From the NCBI GenBank assembly GCA_964644655.1, contig CAZXYA010000002.1, positions 1 through 55,508 on the forward strand: 55,508 bases of DNA, in the 5' to 3' direction. Below the pieces are notes generated by a model that searched no databases, had not been told where the DNA came from, and saw only the letters and a list, made by a program, of their open reading frames with translations. Source of the stretch: an uncultured Saprospiraceae bacterium (GTDB taxonomy: Bacteria; Bacteroidota; Bacteroidia; Chitinophagales; Saprospiraceae). Position 1 is the first letter of the stretch. Each line of letters starts with the position of its first letter. A program made the translations under genes and the position numbers. This document shows positions 1 to 9,090 of this stretch, in pieces.

Positions 1-698
1 ATTTGCCAAGCATCATTACCAAACACCAATACATCAAGGGTATCTTTTGGATATTGGGTAGTAATCATTTCTGCCAATGCCATTGCTACTTTCTTCGCAG
101 GGGTAATTCGATCTTCTCCATATAAAATCATGGAATGGGAAATATCAATCATCAACACCGTACTCGTTTGACTTTGGTAAAAAGTTTGGTGAACTTCTAA
201 ATCTCTTGGTGTTAAACTAAAATTATCAATACCATTATTGATTTGCGCATTTTTCAAAGATTCTGAAATGGCTAAATTATCCAACGAGTCTCCGAATTCA
301 TAGGGGCGAAGTTCGGAAGTAGACTCATCCCCTTTACCACTTATTTTGGTACTATGATTGCCTTTTTTAGATTTTTTGATTTGTCCAAATACATCATCTA
401 AAGACTTCTTACGCAAGGCAACTTCCATCTTTTTGGACGGCTTAAAAGAACCCCCTTGTCCCTTCCCTCCTTCTTGTTTGATGTAACCTTTATCAATTAA
501 TTCATTGATAAAATCAGCCATTCCATATTCGTCATTCGTCAACTTATATTCCTTATCTAATTGGGTCAACCAAGACAAAGCTTCACTTACATCACCTGAA
601 GTATGGATTAATAATTCTTGAAATAATTTTAGTAATTTTTCAAAAGTGTTACCCTCTATTGGATTTGGAATATGTTCTGAAAAACGCCATCCTATCAT
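1..698 (-). CDS. VWA (von Willebrand factor A) domain protein, N-terminal part; gene runs off the left window edge
   Basis: Absent from the ORF track because it is open at the edge. Minus-strand ATG at 696-698. My translation MIGWRFSEHIPNPIEGNTFEKLL...QTSTVLMIDISHSMILYGEDRITPAKKVAMALAEMITTQYPKDTLDVLVFGNDAWQ carries a MIDAS-type DxSxS motif (DISHS). Confidence 0.7.
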   Translation of the reverse strand, partial: MIGWRFSEHIPNPIEGNTFEKLLKLFQELLIHTSGDVSEALSWLTQLDKEYKLTNDEYGMADFINELIDKGYIKQEGGKGQGGSFKPSKKMEVALRKKSLDDVFGQIKKSKKGNHSTKISGKGDESTSELRPYEFGDSLDNLAISESLKNAQINNGIDNFSLTPRDLEVHQTFYQSQTSTVLMIDISHSMILYGEDRITPAKKVAMALAEMITTQYPKDTLDVLVFGNDAWQ

Positions 699-1040
699 AT
701 CTTTAATTTTGAATTGGATGGTTGACTTTAGTCAACCTATAATTTTGCTATTAAATCTAAAACTACAACTTATTTCAAATAGTAAACGTCCTAAGTTAGT
801 CAGGACGTTCAAATTTAAGCAAAAATATTTTTGTACAACCAAATTGGTTAAGAATTATAGTTTTTTTATTGTAAATAACGGAAAAAATAACTTGGACAAC
901 TCGTGTTTGATTTCCCAACGCCTGCCTGCCGCAGGCAGGGATAATAAATGTTCAACTTATTATTTCGTTATTACTAAATCTCCTTATTTACTTGTTACCT
1001 CATAAACTCAAATACCTCATCACCTCATAAGCTTGACTCC

Positions 1041-1571
1041 TCAAATCACACAACATTCTGCTAATTTTTCATAATCAGGTCGGTCAGAAGATAATTTATG
1101 AATATAGTGTTCTCTAATTCGATTGCCTTGTACCACAAATACACCTGGCATTTGGAATTCATCTCCCATTTGTTTGCCAATGCCATGCCCTTCTACTACT
1201 CCAGCTTGAAACCCCCTTATCCAAGTTGATAGACCAAATAATTGTCTAAAATTTCCTTTTACTAAACCAAAAGCGGTATAATATTGACAATCTGGATCAC
1301 TTACATGTTCCACCCCCTCTAAATTATACCTAGCAAAATAACGGTCAGCTGTTTCGATATCTGCCATGTGTACAAAGGCCAATTTAGAACCTTTAGCTTC
1401 TAATGCGGACCTTTTATGCGATAATTCCGAAAGGGCTTCTCTACAAAAAGTGCAACCAAAATGTCGTAGAAAAATTAACATAATAGGCTGTTGAGTAGAG
1501 AGTTCACCAATGGTATGCCCTTCATTCGTCCTCATACCTTTAAATATATTTTTTATGTTGCTATTTATCAT
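1041..1571 (-). CDS. Thioredoxin-fold, peroxiredoxin-like (AhpC/TSA-type) redox protein
   Basis: 176 aa. FLRHFGCTFCRE places a CxxC after a beta-strand as in Prx-like/thioredoxin-fold proteins. Overall length and pattern fit the peroxiredoxin-like family. Confidence 0.6.
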   Translation of the reverse strand: MINSNIKNIFKGMRTNEGHTIGELSTQQPIMLIFLRHFGCTFCREALSELSHKRSALEAKGSKLAFVHMADIETADRYFARYNLEGVEHVSDPDCQYYTAFGLVKGNFRQLFGLSTWIRGFQAGVVEGHGIGKQMGDEFQMPGVFVVQGNRIREHYIHKLSSDRPDYEKLAECCVI

Positions 1572-1634
1572 AAATTATGGTTTATAGGAAATAAACAGCA
1601 AAGGGCATAAAAGGTTTATTTTTATTTTATCCAT

Positions 1635-2342
1635 CTATTTCTTAACAAAAAAGGTGTCCCAAGCAGCAATCCCTCCAAAGTAAACCAAATTTAAAATCAT
1701 GGCAGCTTTTAACCAAAGCGGTCTTTCAGGATAATAATAGACAGTCAAGGGTAAGCCAATTAAAAAGATTATAGACGCAGCAATTGTTAAACCTTTCAAC
1801 CGAGTAGCTTGGCTAGGATAGGCAAATTTAATAGGCACAAAGTGAAGGATGGCAAAAAGTACTACTAAAAGCCCATTGACTAAAGCCGAACAACTTAATA
1901 CAAAAACCAAATAATAAACCACCATATTCCATAAAACAGGAAAACCAATGAAGTAATTATCATCGGAAACCATGCCTGTTTTTCCATAATAAAGGGCAGA
2001 AACCATTAAGATTAAAAAAGTTAAAGGCAAACGCCAATCTGGGGCAACTAACTCTGCTTCATAGAAAAAATAAGCTGGAATAATCGCATAGGTGGCAAAA
2101 TCAATCACATAATCAATCGTTTTACCGTCCATATAAGGCAGTACCTCCTTGACTCGAAACATTCTAGCAAAAGTGCCATCAATACCATCAATAATTAAAC
2201 AAGCTAATAACCAGAACATAGCACTCCGCCAATCATGTTCATTAATCGCCAAAATAGCCATAAAACCAGCTAATAAACCAGAGGCAGTAAAGATGTGTAC
2301 ACTCCAGGCTAGTGATTTTTCTAGTAAAGTTGGTTTTGTCAT
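1635..2342 (-). CDS. pcs: Phosphatidylcholine synthase (CDP-alcohol phosphatidyltransferase family)
   Basis: 235 aa polytopic membrane protein. The motif DGIDGTFARMFRVKEVLPYMDGKTIDYVIDFATY fits DGx2AR...Gx3Dx3D. It also has HIFTASG, YYGKTGMVSDDNYFIGFPVLWNMVVYY and PIKFAYP blocks, which I recall as collinear with rhizobial Pcs. Confidence 0.8.
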   Translation of the reverse strand: MTKPTLLEKSLAWSVHIFTASGLLAGFMAILAINEHDWRSAMFWLLACLIIDGIDGTFARMFRVKEVLPYMDGKTIDYVIDFATYAIIPAYFFYEAELVAPDWRLPLTFLILMVSALYYGKTGMVSDDNYFIGFPVLWNMVVYYLVFVLSCSALVNGLLVVLFAILHFVPIKFAYPSQATRLKGLTIAASIIFLIGLPLTVYYYPERPLWLKAAMILNLVYFGGIAAWDTFFVKK

Positions 2343-2394
2343 TTTCTGAATATTTTGCCCAAAGAAAAGGAAATAAATTGGAGATTACGCATAC

Positions 2395-2432
2395 TTTTAA
2401 ATTTTTGATTTTAAATTTTAAATTTTAAATTT
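2395..2432. repeat. Tandem 7-bp A/T repeat (TTTTAAA x5, one variant TTTTTGA) in the divergent pcs/symporter promoter region
   Basis: Read directly: ttttaaa tttttga ttttaaa ttttaaa ttttaaa ttt. Confidence 0.8.
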
Positions 2433-2453
2433 CTTTTTCCCTACCTTTCGTCC

Positions 2454-4046
2454 ATGCTGCAAACAAAATCAAAAGCAATTTTGCCAACTATCGGTTTATT
2501 GGGATTATTAATCCTAACAGGGTTATATCTTTATTTCTTTACCCAGAATGAAGTATTCTGGGGTGGATATGTTGCAATGACCATCTTTTATGGCTTAATT
2601 TTTTATGTCGGTGCTTATGCCAGCAGTAAAAAAGAAGCGGAATCTATAACGGATGTCATGTTGGCAGGTCGTTCTTTACCCATTGGTATTGCGGTTTTGA
2701 CGATGGGCGCTACTTGGGTTGGTGGTGGCTTTATTAATGGAACAGCAGAAGCAGCCGCAGCATCAGGATTGGTTTGGGTACAAGCACCTTGGGGTTATGC
2801 TTTGAGTTTGATAATTGGTGGTTTATTTTTTGCCAGAAAAATGCGTCGCTATGAATTTAAAACGATGCTAGATCCTTTAGAACAACGTTTTGGTAAACGA
2901 ATGGCAGCCGTTTTATTTTTGCCTGCTTTGACTGGAGAAATATTCTGGACTGCCGCTATTTTAATGGCGTTGGGTACTACTTTTGGAACGGTATTAGGCT
3001 TAGCAACTACCCCTGCTATTATATTATCTGCAATTATTGCCATTGCCTATACTGCTTTAGGTGGTCTATGGGCAGTTGCCTTAACCGATGTTGTACAAAT
3101 AATTTTATTGATTGGTGGCTTGTTTTTGGTAGTGCCATTTACTATGGATGTACTTGGTGGATGGGAAACAGTTTGGACAACCTATAAAGCACAAAAAGGA
3201 GCAGCAGCCTCTTTTTTTCCTAGTGTAGAAGCCCTAGGTATTTACTATTGGAATTGGTGGGATTATGCCTTATTATTGATTTTTGGTGGTTTGCCTTGGC
3301 AGGTTTATTTTCAAAGAGTATTAGCTTCTAAGGATGAAAATACCGCCGTTAGATTATCTTTATTTGCTGGGGTATTTTGCTTGATAGCCGCTATTCCTGC
3401 GGGTATGATTGGTATAGCAGGAGAGGTGGCAGATTGGGCTGCTATGGGATTGCCTGCACCACCTGACTCAGCATCTACCTTGCCCCATGTGATTCGATAT
3501 TTAACCAATCCTTGGGTAGCGACTATCGGTTTAGGGGCAGTAGCAGCGGCAGTAATGTCTTCAGCAGATTCTTCTATTTTATCGGCTTCTTCGATGGCTA
3601 CTTGGAATGTGTATCGCCCTTTGATTGACCCGCAGATAACGACCGAAAAATTAGCCAAAATATTAAAAGGCTGTATTTGGATAGTGGGCGTAACGGCTAC
3701 TATTTTAGCCTTGAATATTAATAGTATTTACGATTTATGGTTTTTGTGTAGCGATTTTGTGTATTGTTTACTTTTCCCTCCTTTAGTTTGTGCCCTATTC
3801 GATAAAAAAGCAAATACTTATGGCGCTGTTGCTGGTTTTATTGTCGCATTTATTTTACGGTTTGGTGGAGGAGACACCACTTTGGGGCTACCCATACGAA
3901 TTGATTATCCGATGATTGAGGATGGAGTGGTGCTCTTTCCGTTTAGAACTTTAGCGATGGTTTCTGGGTTATTGTCGATTATTATTGTTTCTCGCTTGAC
4001 GCAGAAATGGGAGGTGGCTCGACAATTGGTTTTGCCTGAAAAATAA
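2454..4046 (+). CDS. Sodium:solute symporter (SSS/SLC5) family, high-affinity choline transporter (CHT1/SLC5A7)-like
   Basis: 530 aa, about 13 TM. The blocks ATWVGGGFINGTAEAA, MLDPLEQRFGKRM, PALTGEIFWTAAIL, GGLPWQVYFQRVLAS, GLGAVAAAVMSSADSSILSASSM, TYGAVAGF and FPFRTLAMV match recalled conserved blocks of CHT1. Divergently adjacent to pcs. Confidence 0.75.
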   Translation: MLQTKSKAILPTIGLLGLLILTGLYLYFFTQNEVFWGGYVAMTIFYGLIFYVGAYASSKKEAESITDVMLAGRSLPIGIAVLTMGATWVGGGFINGTAEAAAASGLVWVQAPWGYALSLIIGGLFFARKMRRYEFKTMLDPLEQRFGKRMAAVLFLPALTGEIFWTAAILMALGTTFGTVLGLATTPAIILSAIIAIAYTALGGLWAVALTDVVQIILLIGGLFLVVPFTMDVLGGWETVWTTYKAQKGAAASFFPSVEALGIYYWNWWDYALLLIFGGLPWQVYFQRVLASKDENTAVRLSLFAGVFCLIAAIPAGMIGIAGEVADWAAMGLPAPPDSASTLPHVIRYLTNPWVATIGLGAVAAAVMSSADSSILSASSMATWNVYRPLIDPQITTEKLAKILKGCIWIVGVTATILALNINSIYDLWFLCSDFVYCLLFPPLVCALFDKKANTYGAVAGFIVAFILRFGGGDTTLGLPIRIDYPMIEDGVVLFPFRTLAMVSGLLSIIIVSRLTQKWEVARQLVLPEK

Positions 4047-4061
4047 AGGTCACCTGATGAT

Positions 4062-6482
4062 TTACTTTATAACAAACTTAGCATGACCCAGTCCTTCTAA
4101 TTTTAGAATATAAACTCCTTTGGCTAGTTGGGTAACATCAACTTGTTTGGAATAAGTATCTTTACCGTCAATTCCCAATAGGTGCTGACCAGTTACACTA
4201 TATATATCAATATGATTGATTGCTTTATCTGTAGAAGAAATGGTTAAGATGCCGTTGGTTACTGGGACGGGGAATATCGTTACATTTGGATCTATTGATG
4301 GCGTATCAAAAACGCTAGTTAGACTTGCGCAACCTACATCACCATATATATTTACATTAGCGACACTTGTCCAGTTAGTGGACGAACTATTTCCTATGCC
4401 TATAAATTTCACATAACGACCAATTGTATTATTTAAGCTAAAGAATTGTTCTGTATTGACGGTTACACCAGCATCTGCAGAAGTGGCTTCTTCAATGACC
4501 ATTGCAAATGGACCTTCGGCTTCCTTGGCTACTGCGATTGAAAAAGTGGTGGTTCTTTCGTCAGCTTTCCAAAAATTGATACCAATGTCTGTTAGTTCAT
4601 GCCGGCAGCTTAGGTCAAAAGTGATAGATACTTCTGGATCGGTATCTGGGTTGCCAGTCCAATAATTTGTATTATCGTCATTATAGGCATTTTCTTCTGA
4701 TATTTCTTCTTTGTCCTGTGTACCGACACTCGTCGTTGCGACAATTGGAATTTCAAGCGGTAGAAAAGTATTTAATTGCTCAACGGATAGTACCGTAGAC
4801 AAATCGTTTCCGCCTGCGACTTCATTGATAGTAATAGTTGCACTTCTTTCTGCACCAGTCGTATTTTCAAGCGCAGTAACGGATATTGTTTGACTTCCAG
4901 CACCATCAGATATATCAAAATTTAACCAAGGTAAATTCGTTGTAATTTCCCAATCAACATTAGCAATAATTTCAAAAGTCGTCGTTCCTCCGTTTATATC
5001 AAAGGTTATTGTTTCAGTTGGTACAGTTAATGATGGATTTGACGTAGCAGCAAAGCCAACAATTAGCCCAACATCTGCTGCGGTATAAGGTAAATTTGTG
5101 CCATTTGCGCCAAATTCTTCTGCACCTGCATCATAATTTGCCTTCCGACTACCACCTAAAATATCCTGTGTTAAAAATTCGTAGTCTCCTTCACCCGCCT
5201 CAATAGGAGCACTACCGTCGGTCAATCTATGAAAGTTTCCATCATCAGCCACGTCGCTATCTGATAAATTAGTAAGGTTTCCTTCAAACGGGGAATTTCC
5301 AATAGGTTCGGTAATAACTTGATGGGCATCAATACTTGTATTATACATTATATTATTGGCTACCGTTAAATTTTCTGGCGCTAGACTTAGGTCATCTTTC
5401 ACCTGAGTACCAATTCTTAAGGCATAATCACAGTTGACAAAAGTATTATTAATTACTTGAACGTTTTTAACTTGAAAATAGCCATTTAATGCCGTGTTAG
5501 GACGACCATTAGACACATTGATACCTCCAGTTGTATTAGAACCTGCACCACTTGGTTTTCTATAATTTATTTCCTCAATATAATTGTTGTAAATTTTATG
5601 CCCTTCCCCAATCACCCGAACACCGCCACTAAAGGTATTATTTTCCGCTAAAAAGAAGTTGCCATACACTTCACAGTTATTCCCATGTCTAAGTGTTAAA
5701 GTACCTCCATAATCTCTAAAGGTATTGTTGTAGTATTTGTTTTGTCCAGATTTATTTGAAATCACCTCTACTTCTCCAAAGAAATCGTAAAAGTAATTTT
5801 CATACACTTCCGAAAAAGAATCACCAAGAGAGGTACCACTATTGCCTATTCTAATGGCATCTTGATCATTATCATCATTTATGCCGTTAATAGGTCTTCT
5901 TCCCGCAAAATAATTATGATGAATTTTTAAATAATCTGGTTCGGTTGAATTTCTATTATCATTGATAATACTCCCTATTCCAAATTTGCCTAGAAAAGAA
6001 TTATAAGCTATTTCATTATGTTGTCCATCTGCAAGCACCCATTTGAATTTTATTGTTTTTTGGGCCTCTGTCCCATTATAGCTGTCGATTTTATTGTTTA
6101 AGACCTTACAGTTATTGCATCGTTTCAATTCAATGACTGGTTCTATTTCTGAGCTATTGCCAACTAGATTTTCAGGATCTTGGAAAACTAATCCTGAGAC
6201 TGTTATATAATTACCTTCCATGTAGACTCTAGAGTTACCCGTCATTAAGACTGAGCCAGGGTTTTGTGCCGTAATGATAATGGGCGCCACTTCCGTACCA
6301 TTTTTATCAATATCTATAAAGACATCTTTCCAAGTACCATCTGCAAGTGTAATGCTTGTTCCTGGGGAGGCAGCATTAATAGCCGATCTTAATTCAGTTG
6401 AATTCCTTACAACTTGAGCATACCCTAAGGTACTTATAAAGAAAAATAATACTAGAGTAGACAATAATTTGTTAATAAGCAT
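4062..6482 (-). CDS. Secreted polysaccharide lyase family 6 (chondroitinase B / alginate lyase-like beta-helix) with BACON-like and F5/8 type C (discoidin/CBM32-like) modules and a T9SS C-terminal sorting domain
   Basis: 806 aa. Signal peptide MLINKLLSTLVLFFFISTLGYAQ. PL6-type N-terminus VRNSTELRSAINAASPGTSITLADGTW and catalytic-region block EVISNKSGQNKYYNNTFRDYGGTLTLRHGNNCEVYGNFF. BACON-like DWEITTNLPWLNF...AERSATITI. C-terminus ILTISS...IDIYSVTGQ...LAKGVYILKL is typical of T9SS CTDs. Confidence 0.8.
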   Translation of the reverse strand: MLINKLLSTLVLFFFISTLGYAQVVRNSTELRSAINAASPGTSITLADGTWKDVFIDIDKNGTEVAPIIITAQNPGSVLMTGNSRVYMEGNYITVSGLVFQDPENLVGNSSEIEPVIELKRCNNCKVLNNKIDSYNGTEAQKTIKFKWVLADGQHNEIAYNSFLGKFGIGSIINDNRNSTEPDYLKIHHNYFAGRRPINGINDDNDQDAIRIGNSGTSLGDSFSEVYENYFYDFFGEVEVISNKSGQNKYYNNTFRDYGGTLTLRHGNNCEVYGNFFLAENNTFSGGVRVIGEGHKIYNNYIEEINYRKPSGAGSNTTGGINVSNGRPNTALNGYFQVKNVQVINNTFVNCDYALRIGTQVKDDLSLAPENLTVANNIMYNTSIDAHQVITEPIGNSPFEGNLTNLSDSDVADDGNFHRLTDGSAPIEAGEGDYEFLTQDILGGSRKANYDAGAEEFGANGTNLPYTAADVGLIVGFAATSNPSLTVPTETITFDINGGTTTFEIIANVDWEITTNLPWLNFDISDGAGSQTISVTALENTTGAERSATITINEVAGGNDLSTVLSVEQLNTFLPLEIPIVATTSVGTQDKEEISEENAYNDDNTNYWTGNPDTDPEVSITFDLSCRHELTDIGINFWKADERTTTFSIAVAKEAEGPFAMVIEEATSADAGVTVNTEQFFSLNNTIGRYVKFIGIGNSSSTNWTSVANVNIYGDVGCASLTSVFDTPSIDPNVTIFPVPVTNGILTISSTDKAINHIDIYSVTGQHLLGIDGKDTYSKQVDVTQLAKGVYILKLEGLGHAKFVIK

Positions 6483-7083
6483 AAGGAGTAATTAAGGGTG
6501 AATTCATCATATTTAAATTGTATTTATTATAAATTTAAATATGTTAAATCACATGAATTGGCTCTGTTCTATTGATAAAAAATCGTTACTATTCATCACC
6601 AACTGTCAGAACCCTAATTTGCCTGATTTTTTAAGCATGATACTTGATAACAGCTTTGATTCATCAAGAAATATCTATTTCAATCATGATTATCAAGGTG
6701 CTGACAAAGAAGATGCTGAATACTTAAAGCTTGTTGGGGATTTATTAATTAGTCTGTAAATGTCCCTTTTCCGCTTATACTTCGTTGCAAAAATCCTCAT
6801 TACCCAAAGGGGTAACTCGGTTTTTTGCGCCTCGTCTAAGCAAAAAATGAACTATTTTCGACTCAAAGAACAAACTCCCAACAAGCTCTTACAAAAAATC
6901 TTTAATCATTAGTAATTCTTATCAATAAAGCTAAGATTTTAAGTATGCCACGAATGGACAAAAACTTGGAGTAAAGGTAAGGAAATATCCTAATTTTATA
7001 GGACTCTTAGGAGACAAAAATATCACTATCACAAAATGTAACTAGTGATAATTCCCTACAGAAAACTAATACATCATTTCTTT

Positions 7084-7611
7084 TTAGGCTTTGCAAAAAT
7101 GTTTCCTTAATATCTTTTCCAAATACAGTTGATCTACCTCATCAAAAGAATTTTTCAAAGAGCTATCCACATCAAAAACAGCAATCAATTCTTTTTTTTC
7201 ATTAAAAACAGGAAGGACAATTTCAGATTGAGAATTAGGGTCACAAGCAATATGTGCAGTTCCTTGATCTAAGGCATGGCAATCTGTAACAATTTGCGTT
7301 TTCTCTTCTCTGGCAGCACGGCCACAAACCCCCTTAGAAAAATCTATATGCAAACAGCCCATTGTTCCTTGATAAGGACCAACCGATAATTTTCGTTCGC
7401 CACTTACCAAATAAAAACCGACCCAATAAAAATAAGTCAAATGGGTTTTTAAAAGACAATTAATAGACACCATTTTTAAAATAGTGTTCGTTTCGTCCAT
7501 TAAAGTAGCATCAATTTCAAGAATAGCTTGTTCGAAAGCTGCTTTTTTAGCAGCAGTATCCATATTAATGGAAGGATTGATAAAATAGGGCATTTCGGCA
7601 CCTGCACTCAT
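7084..7611 (-). CDS. GAF domain protein, free methionine-(R)-sulfoxide reductase (fRMsr/YebR)-like
   Basis: 175 aa. WVGFYLV...LSVGPYQGTMGCLHIDFSKGVCGRAA...VTDCHALDQGTAHIACDPNSQSEIVLPV fits the fRMsr GAF pattern with conserved Cys residues. The true start may be an internal Met (M7 or M17). Confidence 0.7.
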   Translation of the reverse strand: MSAGAEMPYFINPSINMDTAAKKAAFEQAILEIDATLMDETNTILKMVSINCLLKTHLTYFYWVGFYLVSGERKLSVGPYQGTMGCLHIDFSKGVCGRAAREEKTQIVTDCHALDQGTAHIACDPNSQSEIVLPVFNEKKELIAVFDVDSSLKNSFDEVDQLYLEKILRKHFCKA

Positions 7612-7763
7612 ATCGTATTTTTAATGTGATACAGAAATGTCGCAATTTAACTAATTCACGGCAATTAAATACAATTAATTTAACAGCTAATAAAACTCGA
7701 ATGCACTAAATTTGTTAACAAGACAGCATTCATGAATAATAATTTTATTCAAATCACCAATTA

Positions 7764-8420
7764 ATGAAATATCTTATCCTGATAAGTGGGTTTCTTTTAT
7801 TTTCGGTCTTAGCTTTTGCCCAAAAGCCAGGACCTTGGGAATTAAAAAAAGACAAAAAAGATCTTAAGATTTATGTTAGAGATAGCCCTGATAGTCCGAT
7901 TAAGCAATTAAAGATGGAATTTACGGTAGAAGCATCCATGTCTGCCATTGTTGCACTATTACAAGATATTTCAGCCATTCCAGAATGGGTTTATAAATGT
8001 CCAGAAGCTTATCGCCTCAAAAAAGTAAATACTAATGAAGAAGTTTATTATAATTTAGCAGATTTTCCTTGGCCATTAGACGATAGAGATTTAATTGTTA
8101 GAAGCACTTTAGTACAAGATTCTATCACTAAAGTAGTAAGATCAGAATCCTTTAACGCGCCAACTTATATTCCAGAAAAAGAAGGAATTGTACGAATTCC
8201 CAAATTACATCTTTGGTGGGAATTCACGCCTAGAATAAATGGGATAGTTGATGTAGAATATTTTTTAAGTTCTGATCCTGGAGGCTACATTCCAGCGTGG
8301 ATTATTAATTTAGCACTTGATCAAGGACCTATTCAAACCATTAAAAATTTTCGGAAAATTTTAAAAGAACCCAAATATCGAGATGCAAAATTGGATTTTA
8401 TTTCCGAAATAGGAGAATGA
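7764..8420 (+). CDS. Secreted START (SRPBCC superfamily) lipid-binding domain protein, PCTP/StarD2-like
   Basis: 218 aa. Signal peptide MKYLILISGFLLFSVLAFAQ. FPWPLDDRDLIV and SDPGGYIPAWIINLALDQGPIQTIKNF parallel the YPFPMSNRDYVY and NPGGQIPSWLINWAAKNGVPNFLKDM blocks I recall from phosphatidylcholine transfer protein. Confidence 0.65.
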   Translation: MKYLILISGFLLFSVLAFAQKPGPWELKKDKKDLKIYVRDSPDSPIKQLKMEFTVEASMSAIVALLQDISAIPEWVYKCPEAYRLKKVNTNEEVYYNLADFPWPLDDRDLIVRSTLVQDSITKVVRSESFNAPTYIPEKEGIVRIPKLHLWWEFTPRINGIVDVEYFLSSDPGGYIPAWIINLALDQGPIQTIKNFRKILKEPKYRDAKLDFISEIGE

Positions 8421-8430
8421 TTATTAGTGT

Positions 8431-8904
8431 TTATTTATTTGACCGAGTTTTATTTAATAACTGATTTAATTGGACTACTTCTTCCTGAGATAAATTGCCC
8501 AATTGAAATTCTGTCATACTTTTTAAGGCTAAAGCTGCTGAATTATAGACTTCTAGCCCTTTCTTAGTAATAGAAATTTCTACCTTTCTTCGATCTTTCA
8601 CCGCATTATTTTTTTCCACTAATCCTTTGGCATATAATTTATCTATTAATCGAGATACATTAGAGTTCTCTTCCAACATTTGTTTAGTCAAGGGTTTGAT
8701 GGTAGAAGGTTCAGGAAAATAATTATTGAGTGAGTTTAAGATATTAAATTGCTGTAAAGAGATATTGAAAGGCCGTAGCGTTTTTCTCTTCATTTTTAAA
8801 ATAAAAGAAGAAGTGTATAAAATGTTTATACACATATTGATATAATCATTTTCAAACGCTCTCTGTTGTAGATTTTTCGATTCACTCATAGAAAATACAG
8901 CCAT
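8431..8904 (-). CDS. MarR family transcriptional regulator
   Basis: 157 aa. The winged-HTH pattern LQQFNILNSL...STIKPLTKQMLEENSNVSRLIDKLYAKGLVEKNNAVKDRRKVEISITKKG is typical of MarR. Confidence 0.75.
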   Translation of the reverse strand: MAVFSMSESKNLQQRAFENDYINMCINILYTSSFILKMKRKTLRPFNISLQQFNILNSLNNYFPEPSTIKPLTKQMLEENSNVSRLIDKLYAKGLVEKNNAVKDRRKVEISITKKGLEVYNSAALALKSMTEFQLGNLSQEEVVQLNQLLNKTRSNK

Positions 8905-9090
8905 TATTTTGCTAAATAAAATTAGATGGCATTTTGGGAAAAATCACACAATACTCCATGATAAAAATATCTAGGAAAATTATTTTGTAGTTTTTATGTA
9001 TTAAATGAATTTTTTGTGGGGTGTATTGGCCTATTCTTTTTAAGAATTATTGGGGCAATATATAAACTAGATAACTTAAAATCAACCTTT

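Noticed and set aside
921-939. GC-rich palindrome cctgcctgc-c-gcaggcagg, about 100 bp beyond the stop of the thioredoxin-fold gene
   Set aside because: It could be a terminator or a REP-like element. No U-tract follows on either strand and there is only one copy in the window, so I did not call a feature.
646-1005. 119-aa track ORF on the plus strand
   Set aside because: Its 5-prime part overlaps the start of the minus-strand VWA gene. The rest runs through AT-rich spacer. The composition is low-complexity and I recognise no motif, so it is most likely non-coding.
2395-2432. The tandem TTTTAAA repeat, considered as a CRISPR array or satellite
   Set aside because: The 7-bp units have no spacers, so this is simple A/T microsatellite-like promoter DNA and not a CRISPR array. 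No CRISPR-like repeat-spacer structure exists anywhere in the window.
2149-3658. Track ORFs 2149..2349 (+), 2849..3043 (-) and 3311..3658 (-)
   Set aside because: They are antisense or out-of-frame shadows inside the well-supported pcs and symporter genes.
4216-4893. Three short plus-strand ORFs inside the PL6 lyase gene
   Set aside because: They are antisense shadows of a confidently assigned 806-aa gene.
6541-6759. 72-aa ORF in the spacer upstream of the PL6 gene
   Set aside because: It has no recognisable motif or signal and is an isolated ORF in an AT-rich promoter region. Coding potential cannot be supported from sequence alone.
6762-6850. Short GC-enriched islands in AT-rich spacers, considered as one repeat family or RNA gene (6762-6850, 14041-14120, 35340-35470, 55430-55490)
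   Set aside because: Only a 13-14 nt core is shared, between two of them: GCGGA(G)AAAGGGAC at 55463-55476 and the reverse complement of 6762-6774. The rest share only loose CTTCG-type palindromic character. I could not fold any of them into a tRNA cloverleaf or a known RNA. A genome-wide repeat search is needed before calling a family.
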